From Alphaproteobacteria bacterium (GTDB lineage: Bacteria; Pseudomonadota; Alphaproteobacteria; Rs-D84), in contig JBKSMR010000012.1 of the NCBI GenBank assembly GCA_046881895.1, forward strand, positions 1 to 62,225: a DNA stretch of 62,225 nt. The letters are read 5' to 3'. Under the pieces are notes generated by a model. The model did no database searches and was not told the DNA's origin. It was given only the letters and a program-made list of their open reading frames with translations. The first letter of the stretch is position 1. Every line of letters starts with the position of its first letter. The position numbers and the translations under genes are program-made. Shown in pieces: positions 44,841 to 55,179 of the stretch.

Positions 44841-46412
44841 ATGGCAAAATATATATTTATCACAGGTGGTGTAGTTTCCAGTTTAGGTAAGGGCGTCGCA
44901 GCAGCAGGGTGTGGCGCCCTTCTTCAATCTAGGGGATACAGTGTTCATGCACGAAAGTTTGACCCGTATTTGAATGTTGATCCTGGAACAATGTCGCCGA
45001 TGCAACATGGTGAAGTTTATGTAACAAATGACGGGCATGAAACAGACCTTGACTTGGGGTATTATGAACGATTCCTGGGTGCAAAATTGTCACGTAATGA
45101 TTCTGTTTCTGGTGGGCGGATTTATTGGGATGTTTTAAATGCAGAACGTCGCGGTGAATATCTGGGTGGGACTGTTCAGATGATTCCGCATGTTTCAAAC
45201 AAGATAAAAGAATATATATCTGCACCTGTTGATACGGACTTTGTTGTTTGTGAAATTGGTGGTACTGTTGGCGATATTGAAGGAAAAATTTTTCTTGAAT
45301 CTATTCGTCAGTTTGCAAATGATGTTGGTCGCAGAAATGTTATGTTTATTCATTTAACATTGGCTCCTTATTTAGAAAAGTCTGGGGAATTAAAGACAAA
45401 ACCAACACAGATGTCAGTTCGCAGTTTGTTAGAAAATGGTATCCAGGCAGATATGCTGATTGTGCGTACTCCACGTATGCTGACGCCCAGCGAACGCGAT
45501 AAAATAGGCATGTTCTGTAATTTGCCATCAAAAAGCGTAATCAGTGGCATAGATGTTGATAATATTTATAAAATTCCATTGGCGTACGAAGCACAACATG
45601 TGTTTGATATAATTGCGGATCATTTTGGTTTGCCGCATGCACGTGGCGATATGACAAGATTTGAAAGAATTGAAAAATATCTGTCTGCGGATATTCCAAC
45701 CGTAAACATTGGTGTTGTAGGTAAATATTTTGATGTGCCAGATGCGTACAAGTCATTAAACGAAGCGTTATTTCATGCGGGCGTTCAAAATAATGTGCAT
45801 GTAAAAATTAAAAAGATAAACGCCGAAGAATTTAGTCCTGATAAATGCAGCGACTTGGATGGTGTTTTGGTGCCTGGTGGGTTTGGTGAACGTGGTGTTG
45901 ATGGTAAAATAGCAGCTGCAACATATGCACGTGAAAATATGGTTCCATATATGGGTATATGTTTGGGAATGCAGGTTGCGGTAATTGACTTTGCCAGAAA
46001 TGTTTTAGGTATCAAGGATGCGAATTCGTCTGAATTTAAAAAAGATTGTACACCTGTAATTGGAATAATTGCGGATTGTGACTCAGAAAATTATGGTGGG
46101 ACATTGCGTTTGGGTGCGTATCCATGTGATATAACGCCCGATACATTGGCACATAAAATATATGGTGCAACACAAATCAGTGAACGTCATCGTCACAGAT
46201 ACGAAATGGATATTGCACTGGAACAGAAATTTGCGTCCGCGGGTATGATAATATCGGGTCGCAGTCCAGATGGTCGCTTGCCGGAAATAGTTGAATTAAA
46301 AAATCATCCTTTCTTTATTGCTGGTCAGTTTCACCCAGAATTTCAGTCCAGTCCATATTCGGGACATCCGATGTTCAATGCCTTTATTGCGGCTGCAAAA
46401 TACAGAAAATAA
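44841..46412 (+). CDS. pyrG: CTP synthase
   Basis: MAKYIFITGGVVSSLGKG N-terminus and the GATase domain motif GICLGMQ. Confidence 0.97.
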   Translation: MAKYIFITGGVVSSLGKGVAAAGCGALLQSRGYSVHARKFDPYLNVDPGTMSPMQHGEVYVTNDGHETDLDLGYYERFLGAKLSRNDSVSGGRIYWDVLNAERRGEYLGGTVQMIPHVSNKIKEYISAPVDTDFVVCEIGGTVGDIEGKIFLESIRQFANDVGRRNVMFIHLTLAPYLEKSGELKTKPTQMSVRSLLENGIQADMLIVRTPRMLTPSERDKIGMFCNLPSKSVISGIDVDNIYKIPLAYEAQHVFDIIADHFGLPHARGDMTRFERIEKYLSADIPTVNIGVVGKYFDVPDAYKSLNEALFHAGVQNNVHVKIKKINAEEFSPDKCSDLDGVLVPGGFGERGVDGKIAAATYARENMVPYMGICLGMQVAVIDFARNVLGIKDANSSEFKKDCTPVIGIIADCDSENYGGTLRLGAYPCDITPDTLAHKIYGATQISERHRHRYEMDIALEQKFASAGMIISGRSPDGRLPEIVELKNHPFFIAGQFHPEFQSSPYSGHPMFNAFIAAAKYRK

Positions 46413-46438
46413 AAACCCCCGAAATGGGGGATTTTTTT
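46411..46438. terminator. bidirectional hairpin terminator
   Basis: aaaaaccccc-gaaat-gggggattttttt. Confidence 0.75.
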
Positions 46439-46685
46439 ACAGTCCTAATGCACTGCGGTACATGTGTGTCAGTTCGTCGGCTTCGTCCAGTTCATCTGGG
46501 TCCAGTTTACGCAGACGTATCATTTGACGGATGTATTTTGGGTCAAAACCTGCGGATTTTGCTTCGCTATAAATTTCTTTGATGTCAGCAGCAATTGCAG
46601 CTGTATCTTCATTTAGTTTTTCAATGCGTTCAATAATGCTGATAAGTTGTTGGTTGTCAATTGCACCATGATTTGCTTGTTTCAT
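46437..46685 (-). CDS. gapR: DUF2312/UPF0335 protein (GapR-like nucleoid-associated protein)
   Basis: LISIIERIEKLNEDTAAIAADIKEIYSEAKSAGFDPKYIRQMIRLRK is the conserved alphaproteobacterial DUF2312 core. Confidence 0.8.
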   Translation of the reverse strand: MKQANHGAIDNQQLISIIERIEKLNEDTAAIAADIKEIYSEAKSAGFDPKYIRQMIRLRKLDPDELDEADELTHMYRSALGL

Positions 46686-46774
46686 TTCTGTTTTCCCCTT
46701 GTTTATTTGATGACTTTATGATATACAATAAAAGACAAAAATCAAGAAAAACAAAAACAGATAGGAAAATAGAT

Positions 46775-48145
46775 ATGAATAAATACACTAAAATTACGGC
46801 GTCAATTGGTCCAAAATGCGAAGATAGGGAAACCTTAACCCGTATGATTCAGGCGGGCGTGAATATGTGTCGTTTGAATTTTAGTCATGATACGGGTTAT
46901 GTTCAGGGTAACAAGATTGATTTAATTCGTGAAATTTCCGCAGAATTAAATACGCCTGTCGCAATTATGATAGATTTGCAAGGCCCAAAACATCGTATTG
47001 GTAACTTTGAAACAGAAGATAAATATCCACTGACTATCGGTCAAAAGTTTACATTTGATACAGATTCTAGGCCTGGTAATTCAACGCGTGTTCAGTTGCC
47101 AGATTCTGATGTGTTGGCATCATTAAATGTTGGCGACAGAATTTTATTAAATGATGGTAAAATTGAAATGGTTGTAGATTTTGCGTCACCAGAACGCGTT
47201 GATGCAACTGTTGTTCGTGGAAATGAAATCTGGTCCAGACGTGGCTTTAATTTGCCAGATACAGAAATTTCAACATCTGTTCTAACACCAAAAGATCGTG
47301 CTGATTTGGCATATGCTGTTACAAAAAATCCGGATTATGTCGCGATTTCTTTTGTTCAACGTCCCGAAGATGTAGCCGAAGTTCGTGAATTTATTTCCCA
47401 GCATACATCACACCCAATTAAAATTATTGCAAAAATAGAACGCCCAAATGCGGTCGCTAGAATTACAGAAATTGCATCTGCTGCAGATGGCATTATGATT
47501 GCACGTGGCGACTTGGCGGTAGAAGTTCCATATGCCGAAGTTCCAGCGATTTCTCGTCATATAATTCGTGAATGCAGAAAGATGAATAAACCTGTTATTG
47601 TCGCGACACAAATGCTGGGGTCAATGGTAAACAGTGAATTCCCAACACGTGCAGAAATTACAGACGTTGCAAATGCTGCATATTTGCGTGCTGATTCAAC
47701 AATGACATCCGAAGAAACAACAATTGGTATAAATCCTGTGAACGCAATTGCAACAATGGCAAATATTTTGTCGCATGCAGACGCAGATGCAATTGCAAAT
47801 CCATACGATTGGTCGCGTATTGAAAATATACCGGAAAACGATTGGTCGCGTTCTGTTGCGTCAATGGCGTATTTGAACAAGGCTGCTGCGATTGTCGTGT
47901 TTGCACGTGATACAATTGCTGCAACAGAAATTTCGTGTCGCAAACCTGATATTCCTGTGATTGCAGTATGTAATGAATCTGTAATTGCAAATCAGTTATG
48001 CTTGTTACGTGGTGTGTTCCCAATTTATGATAATCAGTTATTTGGTATGCGTGATGGATTTAATGCTGCACGCCAATTCCATATAAATTCTGGTAAGTTG
48101 GTTATCGTAGATGAAGAAAAAATAAGTTTGCGAACATTGGATTAA
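46775..48145 (+). CDS. pyk: pyruvate kinase
   Basis: KITASIGPKC...GVNMCRLNFSH...MIARGDLAVEVP...VIVATQML motifs. Start set at the internal ATG 46775. Confidence 0.92.
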   Translation: MNKYTKITASIGPKCEDRETLTRMIQAGVNMCRLNFSHDTGYVQGNKIDLIREISAELNTPVAIMIDLQGPKHRIGNFETEDKYPLTIGQKFTFDTDSRPGNSTRVQLPDSDVLASLNVGDRILLNDGKIEMVVDFASPERVDATVVRGNEIWSRRGFNLPDTEISTSVLTPKDRADLAYAVTKNPDYVAISFVQRPEDVAEVREFISQHTSHPIKIIAKIERPNAVARITEIASAADGIMIARGDLAVEVPYAEVPAISRHIIRECRKMNKPVIVATQMLGSMVNSEFPTRAEITDVANAAYLRADSTMTSEETTIGINPVNAIATMANILSHADADAIANPYDWSRIENIPENDWSRSVASMAYLNKAAAIVVFARDTIAATEISCRKPDIPVIAVCNESVIANQLCLLRGVFPIYDNQLFGMRDGFNAARQFHINSGKLVIVDEEKISLRTLD

Positions 48146-48173
48146 AAAAACGCCCAATCGGGCGATTTTTTTT
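48144..48173 (+). terminator. Rho-independent terminator after pyk
   Basis: aaaaaaacgccc-aatc-gggcgatttttttt. Confidence 0.8.
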
Positions 48174-48338
48174 AAGTTGTGAATTTAAATGTAGGTATTA
48201 TTCCAAATAAATATATTTTATATTCCTTGTATGGAAAATTTTGCTTGATTGAAAAAATCGGTATGTTCAAGACAGATATTTTTAATGTTGTTTGATATTT
48301 GCTGTGTGTCATTGTTTTTTCCCTTGTTTGTTATGCCG

Positions 48339-48564
48339 AAAAAAACCGTCAATAAATGACGGTCGGGCATTTCCAAGGTCATAAAGCGAATGACTCTGTG
48401 ATTTTTGGTCTAATGCCTATTGTATAATCACAGTAGCCCGACCGATATGGTCAGGCACACAATTTTCATTGTGTTCATTACTTGTTTTTTTTGATGTGTT
48501 GCTTAACACATCTCACGCTTTATGGGTCTTGGGAACCCCGAACCTGTGTTTCAAGTTCGCTAAG
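48339..48564 (-). ncRNA. candidate structured small RNA of unknown family
   Basis: On the minus strand: a tataat box (plus coordinates 48571-48576), several 8-9 bp helices including crossing long-range pairings, and a canonical terminator ccgtca-tttat-tgacgg plus a U run at the 3' end. There is no downstream gene on that strand. Confidence 0.35.
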
Positions 48565-48636
48565 TATGGTATTATAGAATGTTTTGTTTTTCAAGGTGTT
48601 TTTATATGTTGACCCGATTAGTGTTTTTTTACTAAC

Positions 48637-49800
48637 ATGCATTACATGAGAAGAATGTTCTTTATCTTGTCCATGTTATTTATGTCTTCTGGGGTGTTTG
48701 CTGCCCAGTATCGTGCGGCATTGGTGGCTGATATGGATACAGGTCGTGTGCTGTACCAAGAAAACGCAACTGAATTAAACTATCCAGCAAGTTTAACAAA
48801 AATAATGACATTGTATCTAACCTTTGATGCGTTAGAGCATAAGCGTCTTGCGCTGGATGATTATTTAATTGTGTCGCAGTCTGCTGCAAATGCAGAGCCT
48901 GTAAAACTGGGGTTGGCGGCAGGTTCTAAAATAAAAGTAGAAGATGCGATAAAGGCTGTCGCGGTATACAGCGCAAATGATGTTGCACGCGTTTTGGCGG
49001 AAAATTTAAAGGGCGGCCAAGAAGAATCTTTTGCAGATTTGATGACGCGTGTCGCACGTGAAATTGGACTGACAAATACAAACTTTGAAAATTCATCAGG
49101 CTTGCCAAATGATGACCATATGTCTACTGCACGTGATATTGCGTTGTTGTCTATGGCGGTGTACAAGCATTATCCGCAATATTGGCATTTTTTTGGTATT
49201 AAATCATGGGTGTATAATGGCAAGACATATACAAACGGCAACCGCTTGTTGACATCGTTTAATGGCTGTGATGGTATGAAAACAGGGTATACAAAAAAGT
49301 CTAAGTATTCATTGGTTGCAACAGCACATCGTGGTAATTCACATTTGATTTCAGTTGTTTTGGGGGCAGAAAACAAAGATGTTCGTGCAAATATTGCTGC
49401 ACAAATGTTAAATCGTGGTTTTTCAATGTTAAATTCTGGTGCGGTACCTGTTACTGTTTCGACACCAGTAACGCCTGTTGTACAGAATAATACGCCTACA
49501 ACTACAATGTCGGCTGCATATAATACTGCGACTGCAAGCTCAATCCCAAATTATACTGCGTCTAAACCGGTCGTAGTATCGTCTGGTGGTGCTGGTGTTC
49601 AATTTGGTGCTTTTGGTTCTGTAAATGCAGCAGAAAGTCATGTAAAAAATATAAAAAACAAACTGGGGGTCGATACGGTTGTTGAACCAACAGGTAATGG
49701 TATGTATCGTGTTCGCAAATATAATCTGACAGAATCAGATGCACAAAAAATAAAAGTCTCTGCGACTAATCATGGCATTGACAGTTACGTTTTTCATTAG
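48637..49800 (+). CDS. D-alanyl-D-alanine carboxypeptidase (PBP5/6 class) with C-terminal SPOR domain
   Basis: SLTK (SxxK), SAND (SxN) and KTGYT (KTG) motifs, a signal peptide, and a C-terminal VQFGAFGSVNAAE...YRVRKYNL SPOR-like repeat. The start could be 48646 or 48655. Confidence 0.85.
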   Translation: MHYMRRMFFILSMLFMSSGVFAAQYRAALVADMDTGRVLYQENATELNYPASLTKIMTLYLTFDALEHKRLALDDYLIVSQSAANAEPVKLGLAAGSKIKVEDAIKAVAVYSANDVARVLAENLKGGQEESFADLMTRVAREIGLTNTNFENSSGLPNDDHMSTARDIALLSMAVYKHYPQYWHFFGIKSWVYNGKTYTNGNRLLTSFNGCDGMKTGYTKKSKYSLVATAHRGNSHLISVVLGAENKDVRANIAAQMLNRGFSMLNSGAVPVTVSTPVTPVVQNNTPTTTMSAAYNTATASSIPNYTASKPVVVSSGGAGVQFGAFGSVNAAESHVKNIKNKLGVDTVVEPTGNGMYRVRKYNLTESDAQKIKVSATNHGIDSYVFH

Positions 49801-49816
49801 TATTCTATGAAACAGT

Positions 49817-50416
49817 ATGAATCCGAAAATTGAAAAGTTGATAAAGTTATTTGCAAAATTACCACGTGTTGGCAATCGTGGTGGTCAGCGTATTGCATTG
49901 GCTTTGTTGCAAGATAAAACAGGTCGTGGTGTGGCTTTGGCAAATGCGATAAATGACGCAATGGAAAACATTGTGCCATGTCCGAACTGTGGTGTGCTGA
50001 CTGGGCGTGGAATGGGCGTTTGTGAATTTTGTTGTGATGCGTCGCGTCAGAATGGTCAGCTGTGCATCGTGCGCGATTTGTCTGATGTGTGGGTTTTGGA
50101 AAAATCCGCAGTATTTCATGGTCGTTATCATATTATCGGTGGCTTGTTGTCTGGTGCGTCCGGTGTTTTACCCCAGGATTTAAGTATTTCAAATCTGCCA
50201 GAACGTATAAAGAAAGAACAGATAGGCGAGGTTATATTTGCGTTGCCAAATACAGTCGAAGGCAAAACAACTCAACATTATATTATGTCTGTCATAGATG
50301 GAATGGATGGGGTTGCATATACAGAACTTGCATCTGGTGTACCATTGGGGGGTGATCTTGATTACTTGGACGATGGGACGTTGACATTGGCGTTTGGGGG
50401 GCGTAAATCAGTATGA
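49817..50416 (+). CDS. recR: recombination protein RecR
   Basis: LPRVGNRGGQRIA HhH motif, CPNCG...CEFC zinc finger, and a Toprim region. Confidence 0.93.
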   Translation: MNPKIEKLIKLFAKLPRVGNRGGQRIALALLQDKTGRGVALANAINDAMENIVPCPNCGVLTGRGMGVCEFCCDASRQNGQLCIVRDLSDVWVLEKSAVFHGRYHIIGGLLSGASGVLPQDLSISNLPERIKKEQIGEVIFALPNTVEGKTTQHYIMSVIDGMDGVAYTELASGVPLGGDLDYLDDGTLTLAFGGRKSV

Positions 50417-51237
50417 CAGATAAAGTTGCATCTTTGCCACCTGTGTCAGAAATGATGCGTGAATCTGGTTTGGAACCAAAAAAACAATTTGGTCAGAACT
50501 TTTTGTTTGATTTAAATTTAACTGGTCGTATTGCGCGCAGTGTGCCATATATTGAAACAATCCCAGTGGTAGAGGTTGGACCCGGTCCCGCAGGACTTAC
50601 GCGGGCGATATTATTGGCTGGAGCCAAGCGCGTAATTGCAATTGAAAAAGACAAAACAACTATGCCTATTTTATCAAAAATTGTTGATGCTTCTGATGGC
50701 AGGTTGAATGTTATTTATGATGATGCACTGCATGTTGATTTTTCAAAACTAGGGTTTGATAAGTATGCGATTTGTGCGAATTTGCCATATAATGTCGGTA
50801 CAGAATTATTGATTGGCTGGTTGCACAAGATTGCCAATGGCGAACAAATTGCTTCTATGACATTGATGTTCCAGCACGAGGTTGCATTGCGTATTACATC
50901 AAAGCCAGGTGATGAACATTATGGTCGTTTGGCGGTTTTGACATCTTTGTTGGCAGATGCAAAAATTTTATTTGACGTTCCAAATACTGCGTTTGTCCCA
51001 CGCCCAAAGGTGCAAAGTGCGGTTGTACAAATTATTCCAAATGCTGCAAAGATTTCTTCAATCCAAGATTTATCAAAGATTGAAAAAATAACTGCAAAAT
51101 TATTTGGCCAGCGTCGCAAGATGATACGTGCGATTATGCCGAATGTCGATTGGCACTCGTTTGGTTTGATGGGGACCGAACGTGCAGAAAATTTGTCGCC
51201 AGAAAAGTTTGCAGAATTGGCACAAAATCTGATATAA
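50413..51237 (+). CDS. rsmA: 16S rRNA (adenine1518/1519-N6)-dimethyltransferase
   Basis: KKQFGQNFLFD, VVEVGPGPAGLT and NLPYNV motifs. Confidence 0.93.
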   Translation: MTDKVASLPPVSEMMRESGLEPKKQFGQNFLFDLNLTGRIARSVPYIETIPVVEVGPGPAGLTRAILLAGAKRVIAIEKDKTTMPILSKIVDASDGRLNVIYDDALHVDFSKLGFDKYAICANLPYNVGTELLIGWLHKIANGEQIASMTLMFQHEVALRITSKPGDEHYGRLAVLTSLLADAKILFDVPNTAFVPRPKVQSAVVQIIPNAAKISSIQDLSKIEKITAKLFGQRRKMIRAIMPNVDWHSFGLMGTERAENLSPEKFAELAQNLI

Positions 51238-51274
51238 TAATATCAGTTTTAATAAAAGCGAGAGAGAATTTTAA

Positions 51275-52984
51275 ATGTCTATTTCAATATTGCTATTTTT
51301 TGCAATAATATTTACATTGGTTTATTTGTTGCGTACCGCCAAGATTGGTGCATTGGTTGCATTCTTTTTAACGGGTGTTCTATCAGGACCATATGTTTTT
51401 AATATTTTTGAGCTGACAGAAACGTGGAAATTCTTGGGTGATTTAGGTATTTTATTTTTGTGGTTTAATATTGGTCTGGAAATAAACATGACACGTCTAT
51501 GGCGTCTGCGTCGCACTATATTTGGATTTGGTGCAGCACAAGTTTTGATGGTTGCTGTTATGTTATTCCCGATGTTGGTTGGTTTTACAAATTGGTCAAT
51601 TATTGGCTGTATAATGATTGCGATGTTATTGGCAATGTCCAGTACGTCTGCAGATTTACAAATTTTGACAGACAGAAATCAGTTAAACACAGATATGGGA
51701 CGTCAGACATTTTCAATATTGTTGTTCCAAGATTTGTTGGCGATTCCGTTGTTGGCAATGTTGCCTGTGTTGTCTGGAAGAACTTTTAATATGGGGGCGG
51801 CCGCGATAGACGTAGCTGTAATATCTGTTGCGTTGGTTGTTGCTGTTATTGTTGTTGGGCGTTTTATTATGACACCATTGTTACGTTTGGTTGCGAAACT
51901 AAAATCTCGCGAAGCGTTTTTACTGGCTGTTATGCTAAATATTGTTATTTGGGCTGTGTTGATGGATTTAATGGGTTTGCCTGCGGGACTTGGTGCATTC
52001 TTGGCTGGTATGTTAATGTCAGAAACAATATATCGTCATCAAATTGCAGCAGAGATATCGCCATATGCCATACTGTTTTTATCACTGTTTTTCATATCGT
52101 TGGGTATGGGGTTTGATTTAGGTTTGGTGGCATCTAATTGGTATATTGTGTTGGGTGGTGTGATAGGGTTGGTGTTGGTAAAGTTTGTTGCGTTGTATAT
52201 GGTTGCACGTGTTCGCAACGTAAATATTCCAGACGCAACAATGATTGCGTTGATTTTGGCCCAAGGTGGTGAATTTGCGCTGTTGATGTTACAGACAATG
52301 AAATCCAGTGGTATTTCCGGTATTCCAACCGAGCATAAAGATATTTTAACAGCTGTGATTGTATTGTCTATTATGATGACACCATTAATGTTGCGTTTGT
52401 ATGATTATTTGCAACGTGCTGGGAAAATATTGTCTGCACCTGCAAGCCGTACAAATTCAGATATGGAACAGAAAATAAAACCAGATGTAATTGTATGTGG
52501 TTTTGGTCGTGTGGGACAAATTATATGTCAAATGTTAGACGCACAAAATATTTCATATGTGGCCATAGATATGGATGTAAATTCTGTTATGATGGGACGC
52601 GAGATGGGATTTAACGTCGTATATGGCGATGCGACAAACCGTGATGTACTGTGTGAATTTGGTCTGGCACCCAGAAAGGTAAAAAGTGTTGTTGTTGCGC
52701 TGGATAATGCGACGACTGCAAAACGTGCGATTATTATGGTGAAATCAATTGCACCAAGTATGAAAATTTTTGCTCGTGCCAGAAATTTAGCAGATTCTCA
52801 GATTTTAACTGCCCAGGGTGCACATCTTGCATTGCCTGAAACGATAGAGTCGTCTTTGTATCTGGGATACAGTGTTTTGGAACATGCAGGCGTTCTTGAC
52901 AGTGATATCGAAGAATTATTGCACAATATGCGTGACAATAATTATGCTGCATTATCTACGGTCGTTTCTGATAAACAAGACTAA
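51275..52984 (+). CDS. CPA2-family monovalent cation:proton antiporter with RCK/TrkA-N domain (Kef-type)
   Basis: Polytopic Na_H_exchanger-like N-terminus and a C-terminal Rossmann motif VIVCGFGRVGQ. Confidence 0.85.
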   Translation: MSISILLFFAIIFTLVYLLRTAKIGALVAFFLTGVLSGPYVFNIFELTETWKFLGDLGILFLWFNIGLEINMTRLWRLRRTIFGFGAAQVLMVAVMLFPMLVGFTNWSIIGCIMIAMLLAMSSTSADLQILTDRNQLNTDMGRQTFSILLFQDLLAIPLLAMLPVLSGRTFNMGAAAIDVAVISVALVVAVIVVGRFIMTPLLRLVAKLKSREAFLLAVMLNIVIWAVLMDLMGLPAGLGAFLAGMLMSETIYRHQIAAEISPYAILFLSLFFISLGMGFDLGLVASNWYIVLGGVIGLVLVKFVALYMVARVRNVNIPDATMIALILAQGGEFALLMLQTMKSSGISGIPTEHKDILTAVIVLSIMMTPLMLRLYDYLQRAGKILSAPASRTNSDMEQKIKPDVIVCGFGRVGQIICQMLDAQNISYVAIDMDVNSVMMGREMGFNVVYGDATNRDVLCEFGLAPRKVKSVVVALDNATTAKRAIIMVKSIAPSMKIFARARNLADSQILTAQGAHLALPETIESSLYLGYSVLEHAGVLDSDIEELLHNMRDNNYAALSTVVSDKQD

Positions 52985-53074
52985 TAAAAGGTCCCTAAAA
53001 ATTTGGGGACTTTTTATTTGCTTTTAGTATTGTATATTGTTATATTTCAACCTATATAACCAGGAAAGGAAAAT

Positions 53075-53611
53075 ATGAAAAAAACAGTTTTGATTTTATC
53101 TATTATTTTTGGTGTATTTGTTTTAGACCAATTGTCCAAGGGGGTATTGCTGTATTTAATTACAGGCGGTGTTCCATTATTTGGTGGTGCGTGGGAAATT
53201 GTTCCTGTGCCGTATTTAATGGCACATGTATGCGATATATTTAATATCGTATTTACTTGGAATCCAGGTGCGTCTTTTTCGATGTTCCGTGGATTGGGTG
53301 AATCTGTGCCATTTATAATGATTATCGCAACAGCTGTTATTATCGGATTTATTTTGCATTACTTGTTCGCACGTGCCAAGGATTATGAACGTATTCCATT
53401 GGCGTTGATTGCAGGCGGTGCAATTGGTAATTTAGTTGATAGAATTCGTTTTGGTGCGGTTGTTGATTTCTTGGACTTTCATATTGGTGGGATGCATTGG
53501 CCTGCATTTAATGTTGCAGATATATGTATTGTTGTTGGCGCTGGTTTATATCTATTAAATTGGTATATTGCACGTCGTAAATGTTTAAAATCAGTAAAGG
53601 GTGGCAAATAA
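53075..53611 (+). CDS. lspA: lipoprotein signal peptidase (signal peptidase II)
   Basis: Four TM segments with GGAIGNLVDR and FNVAD motifs. Confidence 0.92.
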   Translation: MKKTVLILSIIFGVFVLDQLSKGVLLYLITGGVPLFGGAWEIVPVPYLMAHVCDIFNIVFTWNPGASFSMFRGLGESVPFIMIIATAVIIGFILHYLFARAKDYERIPLALIAGGAIGNLVDRIRFGAVVDFLDFHIGGMHWPAFNVADICIVVGAGLYLLNWYIARRKCLKSVKGGK

Positions 53612-53613
53612 TC

Positions 53614-55179
53614 ATGGTTCAGTATATGAATAATAACTCTGGGTTTAATCAGTGGAATGCAAATCGTAATGCAGCTGCTAAAAAATCAGGTTTTTCCGGA
53701 TTTTTATGGTGGATGTTGGTGTTTATGGCGGCTTGGTGGATGGTTGGTTCTATTATGGCACCAAAACAGGCTGTGACGGATAAGGCAACAGAAACAACTG
53801 TTGTAGATATGTCGTCTGTTCCGACACAAACGATAAAATCGGATAAGATTTCCGCAAATGTTCAAGGTTTGCGTATCTCAGATATTCAGTTGAATGAATT
53901 TCCTGTGTCATCCGATTCTGCGGAACCTGTTACATTACTGTCTGGCGACAATGATTATATAGAGGTTGGATTCCTGACCACCGGTACAACAGCACCTGTT
54001 GCAAATACGGTATGGCGCGAAAAAGACGGTACTTATACTTGGCGCAATCCAGATGGTGTTGAATTTACACGTACGTTAAATACAGATGGTTATGTTATAA
54101 CAATAACAGATACAATAAAGAATAATTCCAAGTCTGATGTATCTGTATCGCCATATGCACGTGTTGTTCGTGAAAACAAAGCGGGTGCACAGTCTGCGGC
54201 TGTTGCGAATGGTTCGATTGTTTATGCAAATTCAGACATTGAACAACGTGCATGGAATAAACTGGATAAAAAATCATATGCATATTCAACAACAAATGGC
54301 TTTGCTGGCTTTAATGATCAGTATTGGCAGACAGTTGCATCTATTGACAGTCCAGACCAAACAATTCGTGTTAAAAAGTCTGGTGATGCGTATAGTTCTG
54401 ATATTGCAGCGTCTGCTGTATCTGTTGGTGCAGGTGACACAAAAAGTCTAGTTTCATATTTGTTTGCAGGACCACGCGAACAACATGTATTGGATGTTGT
54501 TGAACAAAAGATAGCAGGTATATCAGAATCTGTTGATTATGGTTGGTTCTGGTTCTTGGCACGTCCAATGTTGTGGATATTAAATGGTATTCATCATATT
54601 GTTATGAATTATGGTGTTGCGATTATTATTATGACGATATTATTGCGTTTGTTGATGTGGCCATTAACACGCAAGTCATATACAAATATGGTCGCAATGC
54701 AAAAGATGCAGCCAGAAATGCAGCGTATTCAAAAATTATATGCCAATGACAAAATGCGTTTGCAGATGGAAATGATGAAACTGTATCAAACATACAAGAC
54801 TTCACCAATGTCGGGCTGTTTGCCAATGTTGATTCAGATTCCAATCTTTTTTGCATTGTACAAGGCGTTGTTGGTATCTGTTCCGATGCGTAATGCGCAT
54901 TTCTTGTGGATTTCAGATTTATCTGCGATGGATCCATATTTTATCTTGCCGATAATGATGGGTGCGACAATGTGGTTGCAGCAGTATTTACAAACACCTG
55001 CAAACAAGAATCCAAATGCAAATGATGCCGTTGCACAAACACAAAAGATGATGCGCTGGATGCCGGTATTATTTACGATAATGTTCGCATGGATGCCGGC
55101 AGGTTTGGTCTTGTATTGGACAGTATCAAATATATTCGGCATAATTCAAATGCAGATAATAAAAAAGCAAAGTAAATAA
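53614..55179 (+). CDS. yidC: membrane protein insertase YidC
   Basis: Large periplasmic P1 domain and the conserved C-terminal core (MQKMQPEMQRIQKLY...GCLPMLIQIPIFFALY...LYWTVSNI). Start set at ATG 53614. Confidence 0.93.
   Translation: MVQYMNNNSGFNQWNANRNAAAKKSGFSGFLWWMLVFMAAWWMVGSIMAPKQAVTDKATETTVVDMSSVPTQTIKSDKISANVQGLRISDIQLNEFPVSSDSAEPVTLLSGDNDYIEVGFLTTGTTAPVANTVWREKDGTYTWRNPDGVEFTRTLNTDGYVITITDTIKNNSKSDVSVSPYARVVRENKAGAQSAAVANGSIVYANSDIEQRAWNKLDKKSYAYSTTNGFAGFNDQYWQTVASIDSPDQTIRVKKSGDAYSSDIAASAVSVGAGDTKSLVSYLFAGPREQHVLDVVEQKIAGISESVDYGWFWFLARPMLWILNGIHHIVMNYGVAIIIMTILLRLLMWPLTRKSYTNMVAMQKMQPEMQRIQKLYANDKMRLQMEMMKLYQTYKTSPMSGCLPMLIQIPIFFALYKALLVSVPMRNAHFLWISDLSAMDPYFILPIMMGATMWLQQYLQTPANKNPNANDAVAQTQKMMRWMPVLFTIMFAWMPAGLVLYWTVSNIFGIIQMQIIKKQSK

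Noticed and set aside
48339-48564. Known RNA families (two-piece tmRNA, SRP/4.5S, 6S, RNase P) for the structured spacer
   Set aside because: There is no tRNA-like acceptor/T-arm with CCA and no tag reading frame ending in AA-stop. GGUCAGG is present, but the GGAA tetraloop and AGCAGC SRP motif are not. There is no GAGGAAAGUCC/ACAGAA RNase P P4 signature. The fold is not a single long 6S-type hairpin.
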